The position numbers were made by a program, and so were the translations under genes. Positions 13,901 to 27,350 of a stretch of 64,000 bases of DNA are shown piece by piece. The first letter of the stretch is position 1, and each line of letters begins with the position of its first letter. This DNA is from Tubiluchus corallicola (lineage: Eukaryota > Animalia > Priapulida): contig JAQGDQ010000289.1 of the NCBI GenBank assembly GCA_030141605.1, positions 1 through 64,000 of the forward strand. Reading direction: 5' to 3'. The notes under the pieces are model-generated. The model did not search any database and was not told the DNA's origin. It saw only the letters and a list, made by a program, of their open reading frames with translations.

Positions 13901-14190
13901 AGGTCTAGTAAGCATGCCAGATCTAACATTCTGGAGGTGGATACTAACCACGAGAATGTAAGGTGGTTTACGTTAGAGAAGCCACAACAATGCAGAAAAC
14001 GTGCATATACTGCGTACCACAACTACCCAAATGAAGTTGCATTTCTTACAGCAAAACTGCCATACGTTTTCACAAATTATGAAATTCGCGACGAAAATAC
14101 CAGTAAATTAAGTCACATATAAAACACCGAGTGTTTTTTGTTTTTTATTAAATCATTTTCACATATTGACGGTACACATACACGCATATA

Positions 14191-14918
14191 TATTAGGTGG
14201 CGCAAAAATGTGCCGAAGTTTTGATCATGTATTATATAACAAAAAACGAAATTGTTTGAAAATTACCACATTGACATTATAGATGCTTATATATAAACTT
14301 CAAAATTTTAGATCATTTCTTTAGACTTTTTAAACTGTAGAAAAGTTTTAAAAACAACAAGTCAAAGTCTGAAAAATTTTGTGAGTCACGATCATTAAAA
14401 TTGACAGCCTGTTTCACCAATTTCAACACACCTAAACAAAAGTGTTTCTTCAATAGTTGAATAGTTTCTCACTGCTTTAATGGATTTTTGATCAGAACAA
14501 TTTTGCCATTAGTTCCTCTGCATCAAATGACTTTCTCTTTAAGGGAATTCCGGACATATGAACCAGACAATTAAGTGTCATTTTTGCTCTTGACAACAAA
14601 TCTTTTTCAGTTGTTTATTTTCTGTAGTGAAGACCATGATATAAAATGGTTGATTTCTCTATTGTTTTGCTGCCATGTATTGAGGGCTTTATACGTTCAT
14701 GTGGCTGTTTGTCAGTTGATGATTATAGCTAACATTATTCCAGCCGTAACTTAAAAGCTACTAAAACTATAAACCTGTAACTTTCACAGCCAAAAGTTAA
14801 GTTGCTGTAACATCGTGCTCTGAAATTTCAAGTGCCTTAAAAAATTTTTAGGCTCTTGCTAATATTAATATGGTGGCGAATTCTAAACTTTGGCACGTTT
14901 TTTCAGCGACACCCAACA
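14191..14918. mobile_element. Degraded Tc1/mariner-like non-autonomous element
   Basis: Imperfect TIRs: TATTAGGTGGCGCAAAAATGTGCCGAAGTTT versus AAACTTTGGCACGTTTTTTCAGCGACACCCAACA. Confidence 0.5.
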
Positions 14919-15868
14919 TTACCGGTGATGTATACATGCAAATGCAAACGTCTGCTTTTTTATTACACCTTAAGCCGACATCAATCAAAACTGATAACAA
15001 CTGTATACATTTACAACAGATGAAGACACAGTTACGTTTCGAGTAAAGAGCGCCACCATAAAAACGACGGGCTGTCTGCAAACCATAAATTACTGACAAA
15101 CAAGTTGCAGTTCATACGACGGGTGACTTATGATTTTGGAATCATAAATCATCGTCTAATAAAATATTACCGATCATAAGAAATTTTGAGGCTTATCAGG
15201 CAGATATATCGTCAACCAATTGAGCTGTTTTAATTATAGACTCAAGAGGATTTGGATATAGGTATCAGCTGTTTACCTTGTACTTTTGGCATGATTTCTT
15301 TGAGAAGTTTATTGTGTTTGCGTAGAAAATTGCAGCGTTGCTGCGACTTAAACTTAACAACATTTTAAAATTAATTACGTAATTAACTTTAATTACATAA
15401 CGCCTGGGGACTAACCCTATAAATATATCAATAAGATTTTATTATACTGTGAAAACGTTCTTTACAGTACAAGCGTCAATTACGTTAACTTCTGATAAGT
15501 GAAAGTTAAATTAACTAACTGTGTAGAATAATTATAAAACGAAAAGCACTTTATGCTTAAAAAATGATAACTTTCTGGTACACTCAGGCTCAGTAATGCG
15601 CAAGAATTCGGTACTGGAATAATGTGGCTTCTCCCTGAGCTTAAACGAAGCCATTTCACAGATGCTGGAATATGTTTATACAAGATGATAATCAAATACA
15701 CAGATAGTAACGAGTTTATAGGAGATTTATGCTCGATTTACTAACGCTATTTACATTTAATCTCAGTCTTCAGTGAAGCTGGGAAAACAGGACACAACGA
15801 TACTTGGGATAAACTAGACACGCAACAAGGTAAAGTAATTGTGTAGCACTATATTATATTCGAATGAT

Positions 15869-15919
<51 letters not shown>

Positions 15920-15921
15920 CA
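15869..15921. repeat. (GGCA)n microsatellite
   Basis: Perfect tetranucleotide run. Confidence 0.97.
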
Positions 15922-17821
15922 AATTTGGCCTATGAAAGCAAAAGCTGAGTGGTAACGCTGTTGTTGGGCCTGGAGGTAGTGTGATTGACATTTAATTGGA
16001 AAGTTTTAATGACTGAAAAGAATTACCATTTATCACCACATCAAGAATTTTTCGTCTAATATTTATTTTGTGCTTGTCACTACTGTTGCTGATTTTGCAA
16101 CCGCTGTTGATTATCGTTGTTGTTGCTGCTGCTTTTGCTTTTGCTACTGTTGTTGCTGCTGCTGCTGCAGCTGCTGCCATCGCATCATACAACGCTTCTC
16201 TCGTAACCATCGGTCTCATTTAAGATATGCGTGTAAAAATAAAAAGACCACTTTTATTTCAAATTACAGTTGTCCCAATAAACGTGTGTGAAAGTGTTAC
16301 ACTACTTTTTGTCTAAGCTTATTTTGTCTTCAAATACCAGTCTACAACCAGGAAAAATGCTCTTATATCAACTTCTTGCAGAGATTAGCGAGAAATATAG
16401 GCCAAAATATCTGATGAGGCCACAAAAAATCCAAACTCCGTTACAGTGCTTCGTGTACTTTTATTCGTGCCTTTAATTTGCTACGAGCTGTAACATTTAT
16501 ATTTTCTGCAGCAATTTGCAACAGGGCAGGATGGTTTTCATACTCTGGAAAAGACATTAAGTCCGGGCGAGTGAATAAACAAAGCAATTTACTTGTTTAC
16601 ATGCTAGAAATGATTCTGTATTCATTCGATGTCAGACATGGTTAGTGTTCGCATGAGCGCTCCAGCTTGGATTTTAAACCCATCTAACGAGAGCACGCCG
16701 GATGAAATTAAATTGCAAAGATTTAAGCTATGCAGCCTTGCAGAATGGTAAATAGATGACGCAAGGAGTTAAACCGTGGTTTGGTCAGTGTTCAGTGGAA
16801 CCACTGTTAGCCAATTTTTATAGTTGTCCGCTGCCGACAAAACACATTGCACCAAGGGGATGAATCTGTTTGTTAGCCTGTACAATCATTCACGATATAT
16901 GCTCATGATGCCCGATGCACTCGTCTGTAATTGGGGCGTTCCATTTCTGGCATGTTTGCGCACAGGTTTTTCGATTTTGTTTAAAACATATAACGAAAAC
17001 TTCAGTTCAATCAGACAAGCCATATCCAATCAAATTAAAAAACAAACAAAAGTGGATCTGTGCTCAGTGAGAAAAAGTTCTAAAAGAAATGTTCATCCAT
17101 TCAGCAGAACAATTTTAGCATATTTTAAGTAGAATTCACTATACCTAATCTAACGTTTTTCACTCTTTCCTGTTCATTTACTAATGTGTATAAATTTCAG
17201 TTGTGTTGTCAATACTGGCGTTTCACGCCTTGTCAGAGATAAGGCAATCGGGCTTTAGAAACATGTCACAAAAACACGCAAATCATAACAATACAGCAAC
17301 TTGGCTACCTGTAGTAGGTGCCTTTTAAGGACATGTGTGCAGCACACTGCACCAATAGCACCCTTTTGTTAATTTTACCAGCCGTTATACCACAGTACCG
17401 ATAGAAAAAAGGCATTTTTTTTCCAAAAAGGCGATTTGTGGATATACCCCGCTGGCTAGCAAGGGTGCTTTTGATAAAAAACATTTACCGCACCTGAGTT
17501 TTCTGACAAGAAAAAGATACAATTTCAGTTTTTCAAATAAAGCGCACATACAGTGACACACGCTTTTTTACAGACTCCAAAAATACGCACATGATTGAAC
17601 TTAAGGTTGTTAAATAATGATGGAGTAAAACCAAATTATTAAGTTTTTGAAATCACGTAGGCTAAAACACAGAAATATGAATAAAAGTCATCAGAATTTG
17701 AACAAGAGGTCTTTGTTACAAGTTTTATACTAGTTTAATATGTTCAGTTTGTAATTTGAACGGTGTCTGTTTCACAGATTTTCCGAATTCTTTAAATTTC
17801 AAAATTTAAATTTAAATTCAA

Positions 17822-18087
17822 ACGTTGCTGGATTTTACGAGAGAAGAGCATTACTTCGGTTTTCTGTGGATTAAAGGTAACACACCATTTATCAGCCCAG
17901 TGCTGCAAAGTCTCTAGGTCGGAATTTAGACGCAATGCGGAATGCACTGGGTCTGTAACAGTATCCATTATGGAAGTGTCGTCGGCAAAAAAACGTATTT
18001 CATAATATACAGTGTGATAGATGCTGTGTTACCTTTAATCCACAGAAAACCTAAGTAATGCTCTTCTCTCGTAAAATCCAGCAACGT
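17822..18087. mobile_element. Palindromic MITE-like element with about 63-73 bp terminal inverted repeats
   Basis: ACGTTGCTGGATTTTACGAGAGAAGAGCATTACTTCGGTTTTCTGTGGATTAAAGGTAACACA (17822-17884) matches the reverse complement of 18025-18087 with 1 mismatch. No clear TSD. Confidence 0.75.
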
Positions 18088-19307
18088 CATCATATGCCAC
18101 TTTATCTCAATAACATACCTTTAAAACATGTTGATTCTCATAAGCACCTGGGGATATATTTTACATGATCTAAAATGGGAACAACATGTAAACGAGATCA
18201 TCGCAACAGTTCAGCCAAAACTAGGAAATTTGCGAGGTCTAGTCACTATACTGCCGCGTTCAACTTATGGATTCTTGTTCAAAACTATTATTTTACCCAC
18301 TTTGGAATACGGTAATATCGTATGGTCTGGTCGTAAGGTTGAATCCCTGCTTGATAATATTCTGTTGAGTGCTGCGCATATATGTACCGGTGCTATGTCA
18401 GGTTCCAATCATTCAAATCTTTTGTTCGAAGCAGGACTGGACCCCTTTTCTAAGCGCTTCCAATATTTCCGTTCATGTGCCTTTGATAAAATCGTGAATC
18501 ACTTAGCTCCCCCCTACCTTTTTAATATTTTGCCTCCTCATGTAAGGAATATTACATTATATCCAGTCCGTAATAATGAAAACCTTCCTAATTACACCTG
18601 CCACTCAACTGCTTTTGATAATTCTTTTTTTCTTGCCTCAGTTAAGTGCTGGAATAGTTTACCTCTTGATATCCGTAACTCTAACTCTTTAAACATCTTT
18701 AAACCTCGACTAAAGAATCACATGCGTTTTAATAAGCGACCTACTTGCTTTTCAAGTGGTACTCGAAATTCATCTGTACACCATACTAGAATGAGAGTTG
18801 GTTTTTGCCAACTTAATTATGATTTGCACTTCAGAAAATGTAAAAATTACGATGGGTCGCTAGTGTCACCCAATTGTTAATGTGTTTCTACTTATGAAAC
18901 AGTAGGTCATTACTTAATTAGCTGCCCTCTTTACCATCAGGCCAGGCACGACTTATTTACAAATCTCTGCACTCTTTTGTCAGCTTTTAACATCAATGTT
19001 TACAGTCTTGCAACAAATGAACTTGTACGTTTGTTCCTGCACGGGAAACATACCCTAGATAATACTGTGAACACTCAAATGTTTGTTTTAGTGCAGTCTT
19101 TTATTTCAAACACCAAGCGCTTTAAATAGTATTAAGTTTGTTATTATTAATGCCTATATTTATTGTAACATTTTTTTGTACATTGTGGTCACCATTGTTC
19201 TGCATCAGTCTAGCGTTCGCTCCCGCTAGGGGAGAACATATATCAGTTGTAAAACTGTCTGTTTCAAACTATATGTTAAACCTTCAATAAATTATGTTTA
19301 AACCAAA
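18088..19307 (+). mobile_element. 5'-truncated non-LTR retrotransposon (CR1/L2-group LINE), 3' end of ORF2 plus tail
   Basis: VDSHKHLGI, then a frameshift into DLKWEQHV...ILPTLEYGNIVW...PPYL...SFFLASVKCWNSLPLDIR...HHTRMRVG, an in-frame TAA at 18878, then CVSTYETVGHYLISCPLY...FISNTKRFK* (stop 19127-19129). Followed by an AATAAA-containing tail. Antisense within Meis intron 6. Confidence 0.88.
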
Positions 19308-19781
19308 TTTCAAAATTTGGGCCATATTTGCTTTTAAAAATTAAGGGGTTGATTTTATCATTAGCGAATAATCTTAAAAATGAATTTATATTTAATAAGT
19401 TAAACAACCATGAACTGTTAGATTTAAAACTAATTTAATTAATTAAATTACTAACTCATAAGTTTAGTGTGAATAATGTACTCAAGGACATTAATTAAAT
19501 GTGACTTTTTCTTAAAGGAATAGTTACATTATTTGTCTGCATTTGAGTTTAGTCGTTCTGTACAGAAACTAACGCGCGCACTTATACATTCATCGTGGTG
19601 CTACTTTTTGCTACTTTTCAAAAGTACAAGCCCACATATTGGGCTAGCCTATTACCCAAAATTCCTTAAAACACCAGTCTAATAAATTTGGACAATACTA
19701 GTCCGTGGCCACTGATTCATTTGAGACAGTCAACAAAAAGATCGTAGTCTTAGGTCTACTAAGACTGTAGAAGTCAAAAGG

Positions 19782-19983
<202 letters not shown>

Positions 19984-21251
19984 GTCTGTGTCGTGGGCAA
20001 CAGCGCCAATTTTCACAATTCGACCAAGCGTGTCCCTTTGACCTTCCACTCCCGACTCTAGATAACTCTTTATAGTTGCTCAATCCCTAAAGAAAATATT
20101 GTGATAATTTCTACATACAACAAAGCGTTGTTTTGCCTGTTTTTCCCGCGGCAAATTAATCTGTTTGCGCGCTCTATAGATGGCAGCAGATCAAGGGCCA
20201 TGTCGGCCGCCACAATGGCTGCGTCAACAAGTGAGCATTCGAACTCTTTGTCGTCGTCAAAATTTAAATATTTGGACTTTTCGGTGGTCAGCGCAGATAT
20301 TACTGAGCTGGGTTATACGCGGGATTACGCGTCTGGTGTTATTATAGAAACATCAGTACTTAATTTTAAACATTTCTGCATGACAGGCATTTCCTCTGCC
20401 ACGTGCATGAGAGTAATTTTCTGCTATTCATGTTGCTTTGAAGAATCATGTAGATGCCGCAGCACAAAAGACTTGGTTACCGTTGAACAGTGAATAGGAA
20501 GAGGAAACGTGGTTACCGTTGAACATCTTGAACCACGAAAAAAAAAATTATTAATAATGGTTGCTGATTTGATCCCTTAATTGTTGAGATTGATTTTGAA
20601 ACTTTCAATCGCTGAAAAGTGTGGGGTCTAATATATAGGCCAGTCTGTGGGTTTCACTTAATTTTGCACAGTTTGATCCTGCTCTGATAATAGATAATTG
20701 GCCGCATTTCACGTTTAGCTTAATTATCTTTACGTAACATGTAGGCTTATTCCTGGCAATGAATGTAGCAAAAAATGCTCCACAAAAAAATTCTACTAAA
20801 AGTGAGTAACAAGCCACTACTTACTTAGCAGTACATCTGCATCAAAGTTGAATTCTACGCCCTAGCGCCCCTAATAAGATACATTTTAATAATCCTGGCA
20901 ATCCGCGGATAAGCCTACAGCGCCGTCATTACTAAATTTGAGTCAGCTAACCAAAAATTGGCTTTATTTACTAAAGAAAGTGCTTTTAACCACATTTAGT
21001 TGTGACAGCAGAATCTGGTATAACAATTTCTACCTTAAAAAGCGCTATTTTATAGTGTTCTCGCTTTTTATCAATGAATACATTGGGTACACATGCCCAA
21101 TAAGCCACGATATCTTTTTGTATATTGTACCATTGTACTGTAATATTGCCACACAGCAAATGCGTGCATTTTGCTAGAAGAAATTATTAGTTCGCGGAAC
21201 ATGTAAACTTTCCAAATTTTCATGAAATGTGATGGTCTACAAATTTCACTA

Positions 21252-21725
21252 CAGTGTTCCCTCACTTATCGCGGGTGTTCTGTTGCAGGCCCACCCGCGA
21301 TAAGTGAATTTCCGCGAAGTAGGGACGCTATACTTATTTTAGTAGTTATACATTATTTTAAGTCTTTATAAACCCTCCCCACACTCATATACATAACCCT
21401 TTCCCGCATCGCAAGCAAGTACTACATTTCGTTTTTGGGCGTGTATTCATCCGCCGAATAAATACACTATAACTGTAAATGGTAATTTTTTATGATTTAT
21501 AATATTCTTTTAATGTTAGAATTAATGTCTTTAATATATTTTATACATTTTCATCAAATCTATGCATTACTGTACAATACGTACTACGCTTGTGCAAAAA
21601 TATTTTAGACGGAGTACCGCGAAACAGCGAAAATACCGCGATAAATATTTTACATTAATATTTTTGAAAACCCGCGAAACAGCGAGTCCACGATAAACGA
21701 ACCGCGAAGTAGCGAGGGAACACTG
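21252..21725. mobile_element. Tc1/mariner (pogo/Tigger-like) MITE
   Basis: TA|CAGTGTTCCCTC...GAGGGAACACTG|TA gives a TIR plus TA target duplication. Internal repeated CCGCGA motifs. Confidence 0.9.
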
Positions 21726-23877
21726 TATATTTACGCCGCTTAGCGCATTGCGGACGGTAGCGACTTCTCTACTCAGCTTTCCCTCGCGCAAAAGGTTAAC
21801 CATCAAGAACTAACTAAACGAACATGTCAGAAATTGACTAATATGCATTTTGAAAAGTGGCAGTGCTTTTGATTGCAAATCTGAACACTAAACGGATCAG
21901 TGGATGAGCTCCTACTTAATGCCTTCCTCGTCTTCCTGATGGATGCCTGTCAGGGGCAAGAGCAGCCCGTCTAGTTTATCAAAACCTCCTTGAGGAATAA
22001 ACCGGTGAAGGGTTTATAGTGCTTGCGGCCATGTCTGAGAAGAATGCCGATAATCACTCTGCAACTGTGTCTTTGTAAAGAACACAGGGCGGAGAAAAGA
22101 CGCGATTAGGAAAAAATCTAGGACCACTTTCAAAAGTACCTATTCAAACCTGAGCTGCTGGCAGATCTGACGTACAAAGAGATGTTAAATGGTTTGCATA
22201 AGACAAGGGACTCGTTTATCTCTCATTGCATTTAGCAACTAAAATTCAAAATCGAAAAAAAACTTACTCGTGAAACAGCAAAAACTAATCTCTGTTGGTT
22301 TAGCATGTATGATTGTTATATTTTAAAGCAAAAATATTCTTTCAATTTTTACGTGCGCCCCAAGCGGTCAAACCAGTCGAGATGATCAGATACCCATCTT
22401 TAAGGAGATTGGCGGCCGCATTTCACTAGAAGCAGATTAGAATTTCACAAGGCACCTCTGAACATGCGGGTCTTTATACAAGTTTATGAACTTAAGGTGA
22501 TTGTGTAGATATGACTTAGAATTCCAGCTCATTATTTGCAAGCAAATTTATTTGCAGTAAATTGAAAAATGTTGTTTAAACTGCTCATCCTTTGATGTTG
22601 TATAACGTGCTTAACGTAATTACGTACATATATAAACAGACTGAAATTATCAAAATCATTTAACTACCTTATTATGATGAATCAAATGTTACTTGTGAAA
22701 ATTGGGAAATACAACAAAGAAATTTGCAATGCTCTTTTTGGATTCCGAAAACGAAAAAAGAAAAAGCTACAATTCCTATCACAGCAACGAAAAAAACTGG
22801 TTAGATTTCAAAATTGTTCTTTGGTGGAATCAAGACGGCTGATCTAAAGTATAGTGTACACTAATAATGAGTATCTATTTCTGTATCTCGCAACAGCTAG
22901 TTGTGCAATGTGCATATGAGTCAAACTTTGCCACCAGGTGTAAAATGCATGTAGGCCTATATTTAATTTTTTTAAGTCTACAAAAGTAATTTCTTAAACT
23001 ACTGTTATAATTCGTTTGGCTAATTACTCAATGTAAGCATCAGGTGTACAAGCGTCTTTCTTAATAACTATTCCTATGCATTTTACTTGTGCAAAAATTA
23101 ATAGAAATGAAAAGGCAAACGTGAAGTTGACCTATTTACAATGAGCAGAAGAATTCAAAAAAGGCAAAAATTTATTTCAAAAAATGTTTGTTTACTGGCC
23201 TACTAAACAAAAAATTACTAATTTTTAAATAATAATGATATCTGCATCTCTATTATTAGCATGTCTGCTTGCAAACTTTCTTTTGTTTCTTAAATTAACA
23301 AAGAATTTTTGGTGGCAGAATTCTTTAATTCATACTTACAGCATCCGGTTTGTTTATTTGTTACTACGTGTAAACTAGAGCAATATGGTTGAGCAATAAA
23401 GTTGAGTGTAAAGCTGACACGAAAAGTCTGATCGGATGATTGGTTAGTTGTTTCACAGCCAGATAGGTTGACTCACTAGTCGACCGGCTGATTGACCAAT
23501 CCATTGATTAGGTTGTTAAACGTGAATTTAATAACACGCATGCAACATCTGTTTTCCTAACAGTTTGCACGTCTCATTATTTCTTTCGCCCCAACAAACG
23601 ATTCTTTTGCCACTCAAAGAAACCAGTGATAAATATAGAAAAATGATGAGGGGAAACAGATAATGAACAGAAAAGCAACAGAGTCGTTTGCGTCCAAGGC
23701 TTTCACATCGATCAGTAGCTCTAATCCTAATCCCGGATTACAACAACAAGAGTACAGAACAAGAGGGATTTGATAAACTTGTTGTGGGATCACACAGAAT
23801 GGACCTAATAAAATAAAGGGGAAAATACCTTTTATAAGCAACATTAACTACCTTTCAAAGTCAAAATTATGATTGAC

Positions 23878-23878
<1 letters not shown>

Positions 23879-23941
<63 letters not shown>
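23879..23941. repeat. (ATT)n microsatellite
   Basis: Perfect trinucleotide run. Confidence 0.97.
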
Positions 23942-23944
<3 letters not shown>

Positions 23945-25607
23945 CCTAAAGTGCGGCAAAAATGTTTGCTTCAAAAAATTAATTACCCTTTTAATTTTAA
24001 TGGATATACTTTTTGTAGTCTGTTTCATTTACAAAAACATCAGTTTCAGGACTGGGATGTTACGAATACAACAACAAATAATTCACTTCAAAAAAGTAAG
24101 AAGATATGATTTACTTTTCAGTCAAGTTTTCAATAATCAACATACAGGTGAGAGTATTACATAGAATGAGATGTGATTTCACGTTCACGCGCCTGCACCT
24201 GCACGAATCAAGAAGCCACATCACCTTACATAATTTACTACGCTTTCTTTGTTTCAGCAAACAATAGGAAGAATCTTCCCCTAGGGCGTCCGTGGCGTAC
24301 AATAACGAAAGTCGACAGTGGGCAGACAGGAGTGGGCAGACAGAATTCTCCTATTCTTGGCTACTGAACTGGAATGTGAGCAGCTGTCCGGGGATTGTGA
24401 CGACAAAATTTTACCATGTAAGCGCTCATTATTGATCATACGACCAAACAGGAGCAAAATAGTAAATTTTCAGGTAACCAGTGCAGGATTTTAATGGCAT
24501 GCTCGCAGGGGGTATATCAAATAAAATTTAAAATTGATTGCAGTGCAATGAAAATCCCTAAACATAAAAATAGGAGCATACTCTGCGAGAATAAGTCTAA
24601 GTTCACATTCACCTGAGCCTTATTAACAACAACAATAAATAAATAAACGGTAATGACCTAAGGTAAGTTAGCTGCCTATCACATTTTTTTTGTAAAACTC
24701 AGTTTTAATACCACGTTAAGCTGCTAGTAGGAATCTAATAATTATGATGCAGCAATGTGCGTTATAATTCTTCTTTAATTAACAGTACTGTATCAGTACT
24801 GTAACGGTACTATAACAGTAGTGTATGTTACATCTGTATCGTTTCAGAGCATTTTAATCGCCAGCTTCATTTATTCCTGCAAAAATAGTAAAAGGCCTAC
24901 GACTACGAGAATTCATTTTGTACTAAATGAGTAGTCTTTTTTCTGATGAGTGAAGCTGCTTAAAATTATAAGTATACACATATTGGATTGACGAAAGTAT
25001 TGGCGATTTAATGCAGTCTGTCCAATTGTAATACATGTGGTCGCGGTGTGTTATATTCCAAATAAATGTCCAAAGCCGATGTAAAAATTGTCTATATTCC
25101 TTAACGTTATTTTGTTACTGCAGTCGAAAACATTGCAAAACGAACATCATGGCCGGCAGAACCGTCGCACATGCAACCGTACGACGTTTGGTAAATCAGA
25201 GGAAATAACTTTACCCCGGGGAGGCACGCTGACTAGGCTAAGATTGACCACAGAATATAGGCTGTCACATCTAATGCTAGAGAACGTAGCTGTGCTAGAC
25301 TAGACAGTACAAATGACAGTCGTACAAATCAGTTGTGTCTGCTTTGACAGTTACAGCAGTCGGCCGTCAGTTCGGCTTAATGGCAAACTCGCTGAATTTT
25401 GCTAATTATCGCGCGCAAAGCGCAAGGTAGCGTTACAGTACCAGTAACATTTTTGGTATACCTGTACTTTACACTAATTACACACAGTCGAGTACTATAT
25501 ACATAAATCTGGGACTCACATCAGTACATCTGTAAGATAATAATTAATACACGCTGTTTATTAAATAAAAAATATTTATATAAGATCTACTAAAATATCT
25601 ATATACC

Positions 25608-25642
<35 letters not shown>

Positions 25643-25924
25643 TCATTCATTTCATTCAGTCATTGATTCATTCATTCGTTCGTCCACTTATTTGGTCATC
25701 CATCCATCATTCAGCTTATCCAACGATTTGTCATTTTATTGCATTTAATAAGCGCAATGCAATGCAGTGTGTCTAAGTAATCATGACGGAACACGTGACA
25801 TAAGACAATTATTTATATAACATAAAGATCATGTAACATGCCTACTACACAGCTGACAATTATTGTTAATTATTATTGTTCAAAATACAAGCACATTATT
25901 TATAAGATCTAAATAAACACTTAC

Positions 25925-26090
25925 CAAAGTCACTACTGTCAATGGTTGCATGAGAAGGAGGTCCACTCTGCGATATTTCTGCTGGAGTTCCTGTCAATTG
26001 CCTAGATCTGGGTTCTTCTAAAGACGTATGGTGATGGGTGGTAGGCCCAAACCCCAACGGCGAGTGCGACGAGGGTAGTGGTGGTGGTAA
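25925..26090 (-). CDS. Meis: Meis/homothorax coding exon 6, Pro/Ser/His-rich linker
   Basis: GC-richer island with CTTTCAG acceptor and G|GTAAGT donor. Open frame LPPPLPSSHSPLGFGPTTHHHTSLEEPRSRQLTGTPAEISQSGPPSHATIDSSDF(G). Phase 0/1 bridges exon 5 to exon 7. Contains the GTP...DSS.G pattern of the Meis linker. Not in the supplied ORF track. Confidence 0.85.
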
Positions 26091-27169
26091 CTGAAAGATG
26101 CAACATTAAACATAAGTTATAAAAAAAAATCAATAATGAAGCTCGTATTCGCCTAATTGGGCATTATTTTGCATTATTTTCTTCAAACAAGCTACTTGGT
26201 AGAGAAATGGACTATTTTTTCGTTTATCAAGAAACATTTTTGTTGTTTTTAAATTTACGCCTAAGTGCAGTTTTGAGGCATATTTTTAAAATCATTTATT
26301 GCCTTGGTGGCAGTTACCATCATCATCATCATCGTCGTCGTCGTCATCGTCATCATCACCATCGTCTCCTCATTATCATCGACATCGTCTTTGTTATTGT
26401 CAGATGGTTTTCCTTTTTCAGCCAGTTATCCATCTCTGTCTGCCTGTCTGTCCATCTGCCCGCCTTTCAACTTGCTCGTTCGTTCGTACATTCAATCGTT
26501 TGTTTATTCACTCATTAATTGAATCTCATCCATTTATCAGAAATCAGAATTGATTTGACATTTTCCAAGCGGAAACGATATCTTAAATAAGCAGTTTGGA
26601 TGATCAGTGTAAGTGTGAAGAGTGTGTGACGTTGCAAGTACAAGAAAAAAACGATAGTATGTTTAATATTTTTGCTAAGGTTTCTTCTTCTTTTTCATCA
26701 TCACTGTCCCATGCACTCTATTTAGCAGTGTAGAGATTTAAGCAATGAAGCCATACAGTGCTAAGCTGTTTATAGAATTGCTCCCAGACCTGTCAAGTCC
26801 AGCGGTTAAACTAAATATTATTTCTATAATCTGTCAAAATCAGATGTCTGCTTGATAGCGACCAGCCGACGAGTGGATCTTTCAGTCTTTGGAAAACCCG
26901 ACGCAAAACAAAGCGACGCAGAGTTGTTAAAAGGCTGCTAAAATACTTCACGAAATAGTCATTTGAATATTTTAACAGCACGATAAACAGATGCCACAAA
27001 TTAAAATTAATTAAAAAAACTGCTAAAATATTGCACCATAAAACTTTGCATTTCTTTATAAATTTCAATGTAAGGATAAAAACAAAGTAATGGATAGGTA
27101 AACGAACAAGTGCAAAAACGATGGAAAGAATGTCTAAAAATATGTAATTATGAAATGAGCAAGTGAATG

Positions 27170-27350
27170 CTGGAATGTATGAACGACTGAATTAATGAAC
27201 AAGTTAACGAATGTACGAGTGCGTCAGTCGAAGAAGTGAGTGAACGCGTAAATGAACGAACGAACGAACGAGTGAATGAACGGGAAAATGATGAATAAAC
27301 GAACGAACGAACGAACGAGTGAATGAACGGGAAAATAAATGAAAGAATGA
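27170..27350. repeat. Degenerate (GAAC/GAAT)n with internal duplication of about 40 bp
   Basis: AACGAACGAACGAACGAGTGAATGAACGGGAAAAT occurs twice. Confidence 0.85.

Noticed and set aside
15992-16291. Poly-Ala/poly-Cys ORFs as an alternative Meis exon
   Set aside because: Degenerate (GCT)n/(GTT)n repeat without convincing splice sites; exons 6 and 7 already join in frame.
18128-18880. 250-aa ORF as a host gene
   Set aside because: Fragment of LINE ORF2 bounded by a frameshift and a premature stop.
25700-25709. TGATGGATGG Pbx-Hox site on the minus strand
   Set aside because: Embedded in a degenerate CATT/CATC microsatellite.
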